DNA of 64,000 nt from Alphaproteobacteria bacterium. Lineage in GTDB: Bacteria; Pseudomonadota; Alphaproteobacteria; Bin95. How positions within the stretch are numbered: position 1 is the first letter of the stretch; every line of letters starts with the position of its first letter. Below the pieces are notes generated by a model. The model had not been told where the DNA came from and did not search any database. It saw only the letters and a program-made list of their open reading frames with translations. Shown in pieces: positions 39,373 to 47,696 of the stretch. The stretch covers positions 128,001 through 192,000 of the forward strand of contig OZ219789.1 of assembly GCA_964291285.2 (NCBI GenBank), written 5' to 3'. The translations under genes were made by a program, and so were the position numbers.

Positions 39373-41130
39373 ATGTTCACCACGAGGCCCGAAATACTCG
39401 GAACCTTCGGCGTCGCCGCCTCTACGCACTGGCTCGCGACAGCCACCGCAATGGCCGTGCTGGAGGAGGGCGGCAACGCTTTCGACGCGGCGGTGGCGGC
39501 CGGTTTCGCGCTGCAGGTGGTGGAGCCGCATCTGAACGGTCCCGGCGGCGACATGCCGGCGCTGGTCTGGAGCGCGGCCGAAGAGCGGCTGCGGGTCGTC
39601 TGCGGCCAGGGGCCGGCGCCCGCGGCGGCAAGCATCGACGCCTTTCATGCCCTCGGCCTCGACATCGTGCCGGGAACCGGCCTGCTTGCGACCTGCGTGC
39701 CGGGAGCCGTCGATGCCTGGCTGTCGATTGCGCGCGACTACGGGACGATGGGCCTTGCGCGGCTGCTGCGCCCGGCCATCGAATTCGCCGGCGGCGGCTA
39801 CCCGCTGGTCGGTCACGCGGTCGCTACCATCACCTCGGTGGAGGCGCTGTTCCGCGAGGAATGGCCGACCTCCGCCGCGGTCTATCTGCCGGGCGGGCGG
39901 CTGCCCGAGGCCGGCAGGCTCTTCCGCAACCCGGCGCTCGCCCGGACATGGACGCGGCTGATCGAGCAGGCCGAGGCCGCCGGCGGGTCGCGGGAGGACC
40001 GGATCGAGGCCGCGCGGCGCATCTTCCAGCAGGGCTTCATAGCGGAGGCGATCGCCGATTTCGCGGCCGGCAACGAAGTCATGGACAGCTCGGGCCGGCG
40101 TCATCGCGGCCTGCTCGCCGGCGACGACATGGCGAACTGGCGGGCGAGCTACGAGGAGCCGCTGACCTACGACTACGGGCGCTACCGGGTCGCCAAGGCG
40201 GGGCCCTGGTCGCAGGCGCCGGTATTCCTCCAGCAACTGGCGCTGCTCAAGGGGTTCGATCTCGCCGGCATGGACCCGCTCGGTGCCGATTTCGCCCATG
40301 CCGTCACCGAGTGCGCGAAGCTCGCCTTCGCCGACCGCGAAGCCTTCTACGGCGACCCGGCGCATGTCGATGTGCCGATGGAGCGCCTGCTGTCCGACGA
40401 ATACAACGACACCCGGCGCAAGCTTGTCGGCGCGGAAGCCAGCCGGGAGATTCGCCCGGGCGTGGTCGAAGGCTTCGCGTCGACGGTTCGGGTCGGCGAG
40501 CGGCGCGGCCCGGTGCTGGGCGCGGGCGAGCCCACCATGGCGCTGGCGGACGGCGACACCTGCCATCTCGACGTGATCGACCGTTGGGGCAACATGGTCT
40601 CGGCAACGCCCTCCGGCGGCTGGCTGCAAAGCTCGCCCGTCATCCCCTCGCTCGGCTTCTGCCTCGGCTCGCGCATGCAGATGTTCTGGCTGGAGGAGGG
40701 CCTGCCCGGCTCCCTCGCGCCGGGCAAGCGACCCCGCACCACGCTCAGCCCTTCCTTCGCCTTCCGCGACGGCGAGCCCTGGATGGCGTTCGGCACGCCC
40801 GGCGGCGACGGGCAGGACCAGTGGTCGCTGATCTTCTTCCTGCGCCATGTCCACCACGGCATGAACCTGCAGGCGGCGATCGACGCGCCCACCTTCCAGA
40901 GCCACCATTTCCCGTCTTCGTTCTATCCGCGCCAGGCCGATCCCGGTCGGCTGGCCGTGGAGGAGCGCCTGCCCGGGGAAACCGTCGCCGAACTGACCCG
41001 GCGCGGCCACGATGTTGAGGTCATTGGCCCCTGGAGCATCGGGCGGATCAGCGCGTGCGCCCGGGAGAACGGGCTGTTGAAGGCAGCAGCCAATCCCCGC
41101 CTCATGCAGGGCTACGCAGCCGGTCGGTGA
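39373..41130 (+). CDS. Gamma-glutamyltransferase family protein
   Basis: GGNAFDAAVA, KLAFADRE, DTCH..VID..GN.VS.T, PGKRPRTTLSP and FGTPGGD.Q motifs. Confidence 0.93.
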   Translation: MFTTRPEILGTFGVAASTHWLATATAMAVLEEGGNAFDAAVAAGFALQVVEPHLNGPGGDMPALVWSAAEERLRVVCGQGPAPAAASIDAFHALGLDIVPGTGLLATCVPGAVDAWLSIARDYGTMGLARLLRPAIEFAGGGYPLVGHAVATITSVEALFREEWPTSAAVYLPGGRLPEAGRLFRNPALARTWTRLIEQAEAAGGSREDRIEAARRIFQQGFIAEAIADFAAGNEVMDSSGRRHRGLLAGDDMANWRASYEEPLTYDYGRYRVAKAGPWSQAPVFLQQLALLKGFDLAGMDPLGADFAHAVTECAKLAFADREAFYGDPAHVDVPMERLLSDEYNDTRRKLVGAEASREIRPGVVEGFASTVRVGERRGPVLGAGEPTMALADGDTCHLDVIDRWGNMVSATPSGGWLQSSPVIPSLGFCLGSRMQMFWLEEGLPGSLAPGKRPRTTLSPSFAFRDGEPWMAFGTPGGDGQDQWSLIFFLRHVHHGMNLQAAIDAPTFQSHHFPSSFYPRQADPGRLAVEERLPGETVAELTRRGHDVEVIGPWSIGRISACARENGLLKAAANPRLMQGYAAGR

Positions 41131-43271
41131 AGGCGCTCCGTGTCCTTCTGCTGTTGAGCCTGGCGATAGGCTCCGGCGCAGCGGCTCAAACCGGCGCCGG
41201 CACGGGGCGCGACCCCCTGGTCTTCCGGGCGGACCGGATCGATTTCGACCGCGAGCGCAATCTCGTGACGGCCGATGGCGATGTCGAACTGGCCCGGGAA
41301 GGACGCATCCTGCGCGCGGACCGGATCGTCCTCGACCGCAATACCGGCATTGCGCGCGCGGACGGGGATGTCACGCTGATCGAACCGGACGGCGAGGTGC
41401 TGTACGCCGATTCGGTGGAGCTTACGGATGACCTCAGGGACGGCTTCATCGAGCAGTTCAAGGCCCGGCTCGGCACCGGTTCGCGACTGGCGGCAAGCTG
41501 GGGCCGGTTGCAGGGTGGAACGCGGGCCGAGCTCAACCAGGCCGTGTATTCCGCCTGCGAGCCCTGCGGCGAGGACCCGTCCGAACCACCCCTCTGGCAG
41601 GTAAAGGCGCGCCGCGTCATCCATGACAGGGTCCAGCAACAGGTGACTTACCGGGACGCCGTGCTGGAGATGTGGGGGGTGCCGGTGCTCTACAGCCCCT
41701 ATCTCAGCCATCCGGATCCGGAGGTGACCCGCAAGACCGGCTTCCTGACGCCGACGGTCGGGCATCGCAGCGACCTCGGCGCCCGGATCGAAACGCCGTG
41801 GTTCTGGAATATCGCGCCGGACCGGGACGCGACCCTTATCCCGATCATCGCCAGCGAGCGCGGCTTCGTGGGTGCCGGCGAATACCGGCAACTGTTCGAC
41901 CGGGGGCGCCTGGAGCTGTCCGGCAGCCTTGCGATGCTCGACAAGGAACCGAAAGAGCGGGCCGGAAGCGGGCCGCGCGGACATGTCCGTCTCAAGGGCG
42001 AGGCGCATGCCGGCGCCGACTGGCGGCTCCGGGGCGAGTTCTACCGGACCTCGGACGACGGCTATCTCGATCTGGTCGGGCTGGACAGCAGCGAGACATT
42101 GCCCAGCTTCGCGGAAGCGGAAGGCTTCTTCGACCGCGCCTATGTGCGCGTGGGCGCATTCGATGTGCAGGAACTGCGAAGCGGCATTTCCGGGGACGTG
42201 TCCCCGTTGGCGGCGCCCGAGTTCCTCTATGAGTGGCAGGGCCGTCCCTCGCCGGACGGCGCCTGGTCGATGCGGGCCGCCGGCGCCGCCCTGCACCGGC
42301 GCCGCGATGACGAGAACCAGCGCGTGACGCTCGAAGGCGGCTGGCGGCTGGAGCGCTTCACCGACGGCGGCCACCGGCTTGAAGCCGGCGCGGGCCTGCG
42401 GGGCGACTTCGCGCATGGGGACCTTGTGCGTAAGGACACAGCCGCGGACGACAATAATGCCCGCCTGCTGCCGCGGGCCTCCGCCGGCTGGAGCTACCTG
42501 TTGGCCGGCGGCATGGAAGACCTGCAGCTGACGCTCGAGCCCAGGGCGCAGATCGTGCTCGGCCGGAACAGCGCCGATGCAGACGAATTCCCGATGGAGG
42601 ACAACCAGGCCGTCGAGTTCGAGTATGCCAACCTGTTCGCCCTCAACAGGTTTCCGGGCCTGGACGGCGCGGAGACGGGCCAGCGCATCGACTACGGGGT
42701 GCAGACCGGCCTTCACGGCGCCGGCGACTGGCATGTGGACGCCGGCATCGGGCAGAGCCGGCGCCGGAAGGCGAACCCGGATGCGCCCGAGGACTCCGGG
42801 CTCGATACGGCCGTGTCCGACATCGTGGGCCGGGTCGGCCTGACGGCCGGAGAGACGACCTCGTTCGGCTACCGCTTCCGTCTCGACAAGGACGACCTCA
42901 CCGCCCGGCAGACCGCCCTCGACCTGTCCATGAACCTGGACCCGTTGTATTTCGACGCCCGCTACGCAAGGGCCGTCGGCGTTCCCGGCCCCTCGCAGGA
43001 GGAGGATGAGGCGGGGAAGGAGCGCGAGCAGGTCGATGTCGTTCTCCTCTCGAAAATGGACGCGAACTGGTCGGCCCTGAGCCGGTACAGGCGGGACCTG
43101 GATACCGGGCGCTCGCTGCTCGGCGGTCTGGGCCTGAAATACGAGGACGAGTGCCTGCTGTTCGAGGCGGCTTTCGAGCGCGAATACAAGATCGCCGGCG
43201 GCGATGCGGACAACCGGGTCACGGTCCGCCTCGTCTTCCGGGACCTGGGCGATACGTTCGCGACGCAGTGA
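41127..43271 (+). CDS. lptD: LPS assembly protein LptD
   Basis: OstA-like N-terminus, YSAC..C...PPLW, HPDP...RKTGFL.P, NLF..NRFPGLD..E.G.R and YEDEC motifs; GTGA overlap with ggt. Confidence 0.9.
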   Translation: MKALRVLLLLSLAIGSGAAAQTGAGTGRDPLVFRADRIDFDRERNLVTADGDVELAREGRILRADRIVLDRNTGIARADGDVTLIEPDGEVLYADSVELTDDLRDGFIEQFKARLGTGSRLAASWGRLQGGTRAELNQAVYSACEPCGEDPSEPPLWQVKARRVIHDRVQQQVTYRDAVLEMWGVPVLYSPYLSHPDPEVTRKTGFLTPTVGHRSDLGARIETPWFWNIAPDRDATLIPIIASERGFVGAGEYRQLFDRGRLELSGSLAMLDKEPKERAGSGPRGHVRLKGEAHAGADWRLRGEFYRTSDDGYLDLVGLDSSETLPSFAEAEGFFDRAYVRVGAFDVQELRSGISGDVSPLAAPEFLYEWQGRPSPDGAWSMRAAGAALHRRRDDENQRVTLEGGWRLERFTDGGHRLEAGAGLRGDFAHGDLVRKDTAADDNNARLLPRASAGWSYLLAGGMEDLQLTLEPRAQIVLGRNSADADEFPMEDNQAVEFEYANLFALNRFPGLDGAETGQRIDYGVQTGLHGAGDWHVDAGIGQSRRRKANPDAPEDSGLDTAVSDIVGRVGLTAGETTSFGYRFRLDKDDLTARQTALDLSMNLDPLYFDARYARAVGVPGPSQEEDEAGKEREQVDVVLLSKMDANWSALSRYRRDLDTGRSLLGGLGLKYEDECLLFEAAFEREYKIAGGDADNRVTVRLVFRDLGDTFATQ

Positions 43272-43294
43272 GTCCTGCCCTGCGGGCGGCGGGC

Positions 43295-44509
43295 TCAGAC
43301 AACGCCCTCGGCGCGGAGCGTCCCGATCTCCGCTTCCGAATAACCGATCTCGGAGAGGATTTCGTCGCTGTTTGCGCCGTGCTCGGGCGGCGGACGGGCG
43401 GTGCCGGGGCCGTCGGTATCGGCAAGGAAGGCCGGATTGACGGTATAGACATCGCGCTCGATGCCCGCCGGTCCCGGGCGGCGTTCGATGAACCGCCTCT
43501 CGGCCAGGGCCGGATGGGCGAGCGCTTGGGCAATATCGTTGATCGGCGCGGCCGGAACGCCGGCGGCCGCCAGGTGCTCCTCCCACCCGTCCGGCGTATC
43601 GCTGGCGAACGCCTCCTCCAGCTCCTCCCGAAGCGCATCCGCATTGGCCCGTCGCGCCTCGTTGTCGGCGAAGCGCGGGTCGGCCTGAAGCTCGGGTCGT
43701 CCAAGTGCTTCGCAGAGCCCCTGCCACTGGCGCTCGGTCAGGCAGGTCATCAGGAGAGACCCGTCCTTGACGCGGAAGGAATCCGCCGTGGGAATGCGCG
43801 CCGGCGAGGAATTACCGACCGGCGCGGCCAGGCTGCCGGTGGTCAGGTAGTCGATCAGCAGCGGCGCGAGCATGGACAGCGACGACTCGAACATCGTCAC
43901 GTCCAGGCGCTGGCCCTCGCCCGTCGCCTGCTGGCGGTAGAGCGCCGAGGCGCAGGCGAAGGCGGCGGTGATGCCGGTGGAGAGGTCGACCGCGGTGAAG
44001 CCGGCGCGCACCGGTCCCGTATCGGGATGGCCCGTGACGGACATCATGCCCGAGGCCGCCTGGATGGCGCCGTCATAGGCCGGCGCGCCGGCATAGTCGC
44101 CGGTCTGCCCGTAGCCCGAGATCGAACAGAAGACGAGGCCCGGCCGGACCGCCTTCAGCGCCTCGTAGCCGAAGCCCAGCCGGTCCATGGTGCCGGCCTT
44201 GAAGTTCTCCACCACGATGTTCGCCCCGGCGACGAGGCGGTGCACCACCTCGCGGGCGCGGGGATGCTTGAGGTCGAGCGTGAGCGCGCGCTTGCCCGAG
44301 TTGATCGACAGGAACATCGGCGACATGCCGACGCGCCCGAGATCGTTGTCGCCGATCAGGTAGCGGCCCTGGTCGCCGCCGGTCCGCTGTTCCAGCTTGA
44401 TGACGTCGGCGCCCATCATCGCCAGGTGCTGGGTGCAGAACGGGCCGGCGATCACCTGCGTGAAGTCGATCACCCGCACCCCGTCAAACGCCTTCGCCAT
44501 GGCCCGCAT
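43295..44509 (-). CDS. CaiB/BaiF class III CoA transferase
   Basis: GVRVIDFTQVIAGP, GADVIKLE, NSGKR, ENFKAG and SISGYGQTG motifs. Start at 44509 or 44500. Confidence 0.93.
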   Translation of the reverse strand: MRAMAKAFDGVRVIDFTQVIAGPFCTQHLAMMGADVIKLEQRTGGDQGRYLIGDNDLGRVGMSPMFLSINSGKRALTLDLKHPRAREVVHRLVAGANIVVENFKAGTMDRLGFGYEALKAVRPGLVFCSISGYGQTGDYAGAPAYDGAIQAASGMMSVTGHPDTGPVRAGFTAVDLSTGITAAFACASALYRQQATGEGQRLDVTMFESSLSMLAPLLIDYLTTGSLAAPVGNSSPARIPTADSFRVKDGSLLMTCLTERQWQGLCEALGRPELQADPRFADNEARRANADALREELEEAFASDTPDGWEEHLAAAGVPAAPINDIAQALAHPALAERRFIERRPGPAGIERDVYTVNPAFLADTDGPGTARPPPEHGANSDEILSEIGYSEAEIGTLRAEGVV

Positions 44510-44599
44510 CTCCCCCCGTGCCGCTGCGGCAATACTAGCCCCTGTCGGCAACATGCGGAATCCGGCAGACTCGACCCTCCCGCAATTCAGGAATGCCTT

Positions 44600-45271
44600 A
44601 TGCGACCGCGCGACGCCGCCACGCTGATTCTCTTTCGCCGCCAGGCAGGGGACATCGAGGTGCTGATGGGGCGCCGGTCTCCCCGCCACGCCTTCATGCC
44701 CAACACCTTCGTGTTTCCCGGCGGCAGGGTCGATCCCGAAGACGGGCGTGTCCGGCCGCTGGGAGACCTTCGCAAGCCCGTGCTCGATCGCCTGCAACGC
44801 AACGCGACGCCGAGGCGCGCCCGGGCGCTCGGTCTGGCCGCGATCCGGGAGGCGTTCGAGGAAACCGGGCTCGCCGTCGGCGCGCCGCATGGCGGACGGC
44901 CGGACATGGACCGCATCCCGGCCTCCTGGCATCCCTTCTACGAGACCGGCCTCGCCCCCCGGCTCGACGTGCTCGACTACGTGTTCCGGGCGATCACGCC
45001 GCGCGGCGACGTGCGGCGCTTCCACGCGCGCTTCTTCCTCGCCGACAGCCGCCATGCCGAGGGCGAGCTCGGCGGCAGCGGGGAGTTGCAGGACCTGCAG
45101 TGGATCGCCATCGACCGCGCCGTCGCGATGCCCGCCACGCCCGGCGTCACCGCCAGGGCGCTGGAGGAAGTGCGGCACCGGACGGCCGAAGCCGGGCGCC
45201 CGCATCCGTCCCATCCGGTGCCGCTCTACCACGGCACCCGGTATGGCGACCGGGTCCGCCTCGACCCCTGA
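44600..45271 (+). CDS. NUDIX hydrolase
   Basis: PRDAATLIL, VLMGRR, VFPGGRVD, AIREAFEETG, AITP and RRFHARFF motifs. Confidence 0.9.
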   Translation: MRPRDAATLILFRRQAGDIEVLMGRRSPRHAFMPNTFVFPGGRVDPEDGRVRPLGDLRKPVLDRLQRNATPRRARALGLAAIREAFEETGLAVGAPHGGRPDMDRIPASWHPFYETGLAPRLDVLDYVFRAITPRGDVRRFHARFFLADSRHAEGELGGSGELQDLQWIAIDRAVAMPATPGVTARALEEVRHRTAEAGRPHPSHPVPLYHGTRYGDRVRLDP

Positions 45272-45298
45272 CCCCTGCAAAGGAGCGCAGTCCTTCCC

Positions 45299-45982
45299 AT
45301 GTTGATCGAACAGCGCAGCTACGACTTCCACCCCGGCCGCATGGACGCCTGGCTGGAGATGTACGGCCGGCTCGGCATGCCCGCCTCGGACCGCCATATG
45401 GGTCCGAGCCTCGGCTGCTTCACCACCGTCATCGGCCCGGTCAACCGCTTCGTCTTCCTGCGCGGCTATGACGACATCGACGCGCGCGACGCCGGCCAGG
45501 CCGCCCGGGCGAAGGACCCGCAGTGGCAGGAGTTCCGGAAGGAGGCGGGCGCGCTCGGGGCGCTGAAATACCAGGAAAGCAAGTTCGTCCGCCCGACGGC
45601 TTTCCCGCCCGTGCAGAGCGAGGCCGACCTGCCGTGGAAGCGCACCCTTCCCGGCACAGGCATGATCGTGGACCACCGCACCTACGACATGCATCCCGGC
45701 AAGGGCGGCGCCTGGCTCGACGCCTACCGCGATGTCGGCCTCGCCGTGCAGCGCCGCCATCTCGGCCAGCTGCTCCTGTTCGCCACCACCGAGGTCGGCC
45801 CGATCAACCAGGCCGTCTTCATGTGGGCCTATGAGAGCATCGGCGACCGCGAGCGCCGGCGGGCCGGCATGGAGCAGGACCCGGGCTGGGCCGCGTTCCG
45901 CCTGCGCCACCAGCCGTTCCTCGCGCTCAAGCAGCAGACGAACCAGCTTCTGGAGCCGACCGCCTTCTCGCCCGTCCGCTGA
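45299..45982 (+). CDS. Tandem two-domain NIPSNAP family protein
   Basis: Two repeats of E/D.R.Y...PG...GPVN/GPIN...DP.W...PT.FS/PP. Confidence 0.88.
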   Translation: MLIEQRSYDFHPGRMDAWLEMYGRLGMPASDRHMGPSLGCFTTVIGPVNRFVFLRGYDDIDARDAGQAARAKDPQWQEFRKEAGALGALKYQESKFVRPTAFPPVQSEADLPWKRTLPGTGMIVDHRTYDMHPGKGGAWLDAYRDVGLAVQRRHLGQLLLFATTEVGPINQAVFMWAYESIGDRERRRAGMEQDPGWAAFRLRHQPFLALKQQTNQLLEPTAFSPVR

Positions 45983-46010
45983 ATGGCGGGCTCCGGGAGG
46001 ACACCCCCGG

Positions 46011-46091
46011 CATGTCATGAGATGTCATGTTTTGTCATGCGGGCCCGGCAGGACACTGCGCAACATGTCATGAAGTGTCATGTTTTCCATG
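46011..46091 (-). repeat. Two sets of CATGACA repeats at 10-bp period (end of cassette copy B)
   Basis: TGTCATG at 46013, 46023, 46033, 46066 and 46076, plus one degenerate unit. The reverse complement CATGACAAAACATGACATCTCATGACA matches 22567-22593. Confidence 0.88.
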
Positions 46092-46218
46092 CGCAGGGTT
46101 CATATGCTGTAGCCGTTTCTGGCATGAAGCCGTCCACTCTTCGGTCTCCTTCTGCGTCTTGCGTTGACCGTCGCCCCGGCCCCGGAGCCGGGGTGACGAT
46201 AGGGGCTTGCGGACGAGG

Positions 46219-46464
46219 TCATTGCGGCCTGCACGGAGCCGGTCCTACCACCCGCCGGGGCCGGCGCCTCCACCTCCGGCTGCGGGACCCAGGCGTCGAG
46301 GTCGTTCGCCGGCTCCCCGGCAGGTGCGGGCACAGACTCGGGCAGATGGGCGGCGGCCCGGCGCTCATCTCCTCCACATAGGCCGTGGCAAGGGCCGCGG
46401 CGGCCGGCGCGAGCCTTTCGGCCGGCATCGCGGCCAGCCCGGGGCGGGGGTCGGTTGCCGTCAT
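46219..46464 (-). CDS. Short hypothetical ORF (81 aa), possibly a frameshifted remnant, inside cassette copy B
   Basis: Strong AAGGAGG SD before the ATG at 46464; a continuation in another frame reads PAPAGEPANDL. Confidence 0.4.
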   Translation of the reverse strand: MTATDPRPGLAAMPAERLAPAAAALATAYVEEMSAGPPPICPSLCPHLPGSRRTTSTPGSRSRRWRRRPRRVVGPAPCRPQ

Positions 46465-46542
46465 CGTTCCTCCTTCTCCGACGGGGAGCGGGTCCCTGTT
46501 TCCGCGCGTATCCTGCGCGGGCGCCCGCGCCTGCCCGGGCGC

Positions 46543-46599
46543 GTGTCGGCGCCGGCGCGGTTCGCGCGCCTGATTGCGCGCGCGAGGCAGAGGGCGCAC
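46543..46599 (-). repeat. 57-bp conserved hairpin core of dispersed cassette, copy B
   Basis: The reverse complement is 56/57 identical to 21441-21497. Confidence 0.92.
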
Positions 46600-46695
46600 G
46601 TCTCCCGTCGGCTTCTCACGGGTTTTCAGAAACTGGCGCCGCTCGGCCGCGCAGCACCCGGGGACGCGGCTCCGGAGTCCGCTTCCCTGGGGACC

Positions 46696-46737
46696 ATCAT
46701 ACCACAATCCGTCAGATGTCAAGATCAAAAAGCGAAC
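46696..46737 (-). promoter_or_regulatory. Putative promoter with abutting alphaproteobacterial LexA box
   Basis: On the minus strand, GTTC-GCTTTTT-GATC is immediately followed by TTGACA-N15-TATGAT with an extended TG. Confidence 0.6.
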
Positions 46738-46877
46738 AAAAATCAAAATCATTAGATTTTTTTCATGATTCCGCTAGGGCAGGAAACATGAAGCAGGGAT
46801 TCGGGTTGCGGTTGAGGACGGCCGGCGGCGGGGGCAAGATGGAAGCGGTATCCGGTAGCGGTCGGCGGACGAGGGCG

Positions 46878-47678
46878 ATGAGGCTGAAGGACAAGGTGGC
46901 GCTGGTGGTCGGCGCCGGACAGCAGGACGGCGACACGGTCGGCAACGGCCGCGCGGCGGCGGTCCTGTTCGCGCGCGAAGGGGCGAAGGTGGTGGCGGTG
47001 GACAACAACCTGTCGTCTGCCGAGGAGACCGCGGCCATGATCCGCGCCGAGGGCGGCGACTGCGCCCCCGTGAGGGGCGACGTGACCGACAACGGGGACT
47101 GCGCGGCGTTCGTCAAGGCCTGCACCGACCGGCACGGGCGCATCGATATCCTGCACTACAATGTCGGCATTACCGGAGACGGGCTGGACAACGACCCGAT
47201 GACGCTGCCGGAAGAGGTCTGGGACCGGGTGATGGACGTCAACCTGAAGGGCCTCTACCGCACCTCCCGGCTGGTGGTGCCGGTCATGCGCGAGCAGCGG
47301 TCGGGCGCGATTGTCGCGGTCTCCTCGATCATTGCCGTCTGCGCGGCCGACCGCGTGATCTACAAGGCGTCCAAGGCCGGCATGAACGCCTTCTGCCACA
47401 TGCTCGCCAGCACCAATTGGGACTATGGCATCCGCTGCAATGTCATCATGCCGGGCCTGATGGACACGCCCATCTCCATCGGCTACCGCGTCCGCAGGAG
47501 CGGCGTCTCCGCCGAAGAGGTCCGCGCGTCCCGCGACGCCCAGATCCCGCTGAACCGGAAGATGGGGACGGGCTGGGACACGGCCCATGCCGCATTGTTC
47601 CTCGCCTCGGACGAGGCCCGGTTCATCACCGGCGTCAACCTGCCGGTCGATGGCGGCATGACCGCCCGCATCGGCTGA
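46878..47678 (+). CDS. SDR family NAD(P)-dependent oxidoreductase
   Basis: GNGRA, REGAKV, YKASK, PGLMDTP and FITG..LPVDGG motifs. Confidence 0.93.
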   Translation: MRLKDKVALVVGAGQQDGDTVGNGRAAAVLFAREGAKVVAVDNNLSSAEETAAMIRAEGGDCAPVRGDVTDNGDCAAFVKACTDRHGRIDILHYNVGITGDGLDNDPMTLPEEVWDRVMDVNLKGLYRTSRLVVPVMREQRSGAIVAVSSIIAVCAADRVIYKASKAGMNAFCHMLASTNWDYGIRCNVIMPGLMDTPISIGYRVRRSGVSAEEVRASRDAQIPLNRKMGTGWDTAHAALFLASDEARFITGVNLPVDGGMTARIG

Positions 47679-47696
47679 CCGCCGGCGCGCAAAGCC

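Noticed and set aside
37242-41018. Very long alternative ORFs (1258 aa here; also 24981-28250, 9781-12693, 43151-44599, 44510-46018, 53780-55492)
   Set aside because: They are shadow or off-frame ORFs over well-supported genes, expected at high GC, with no recognisable motifs.
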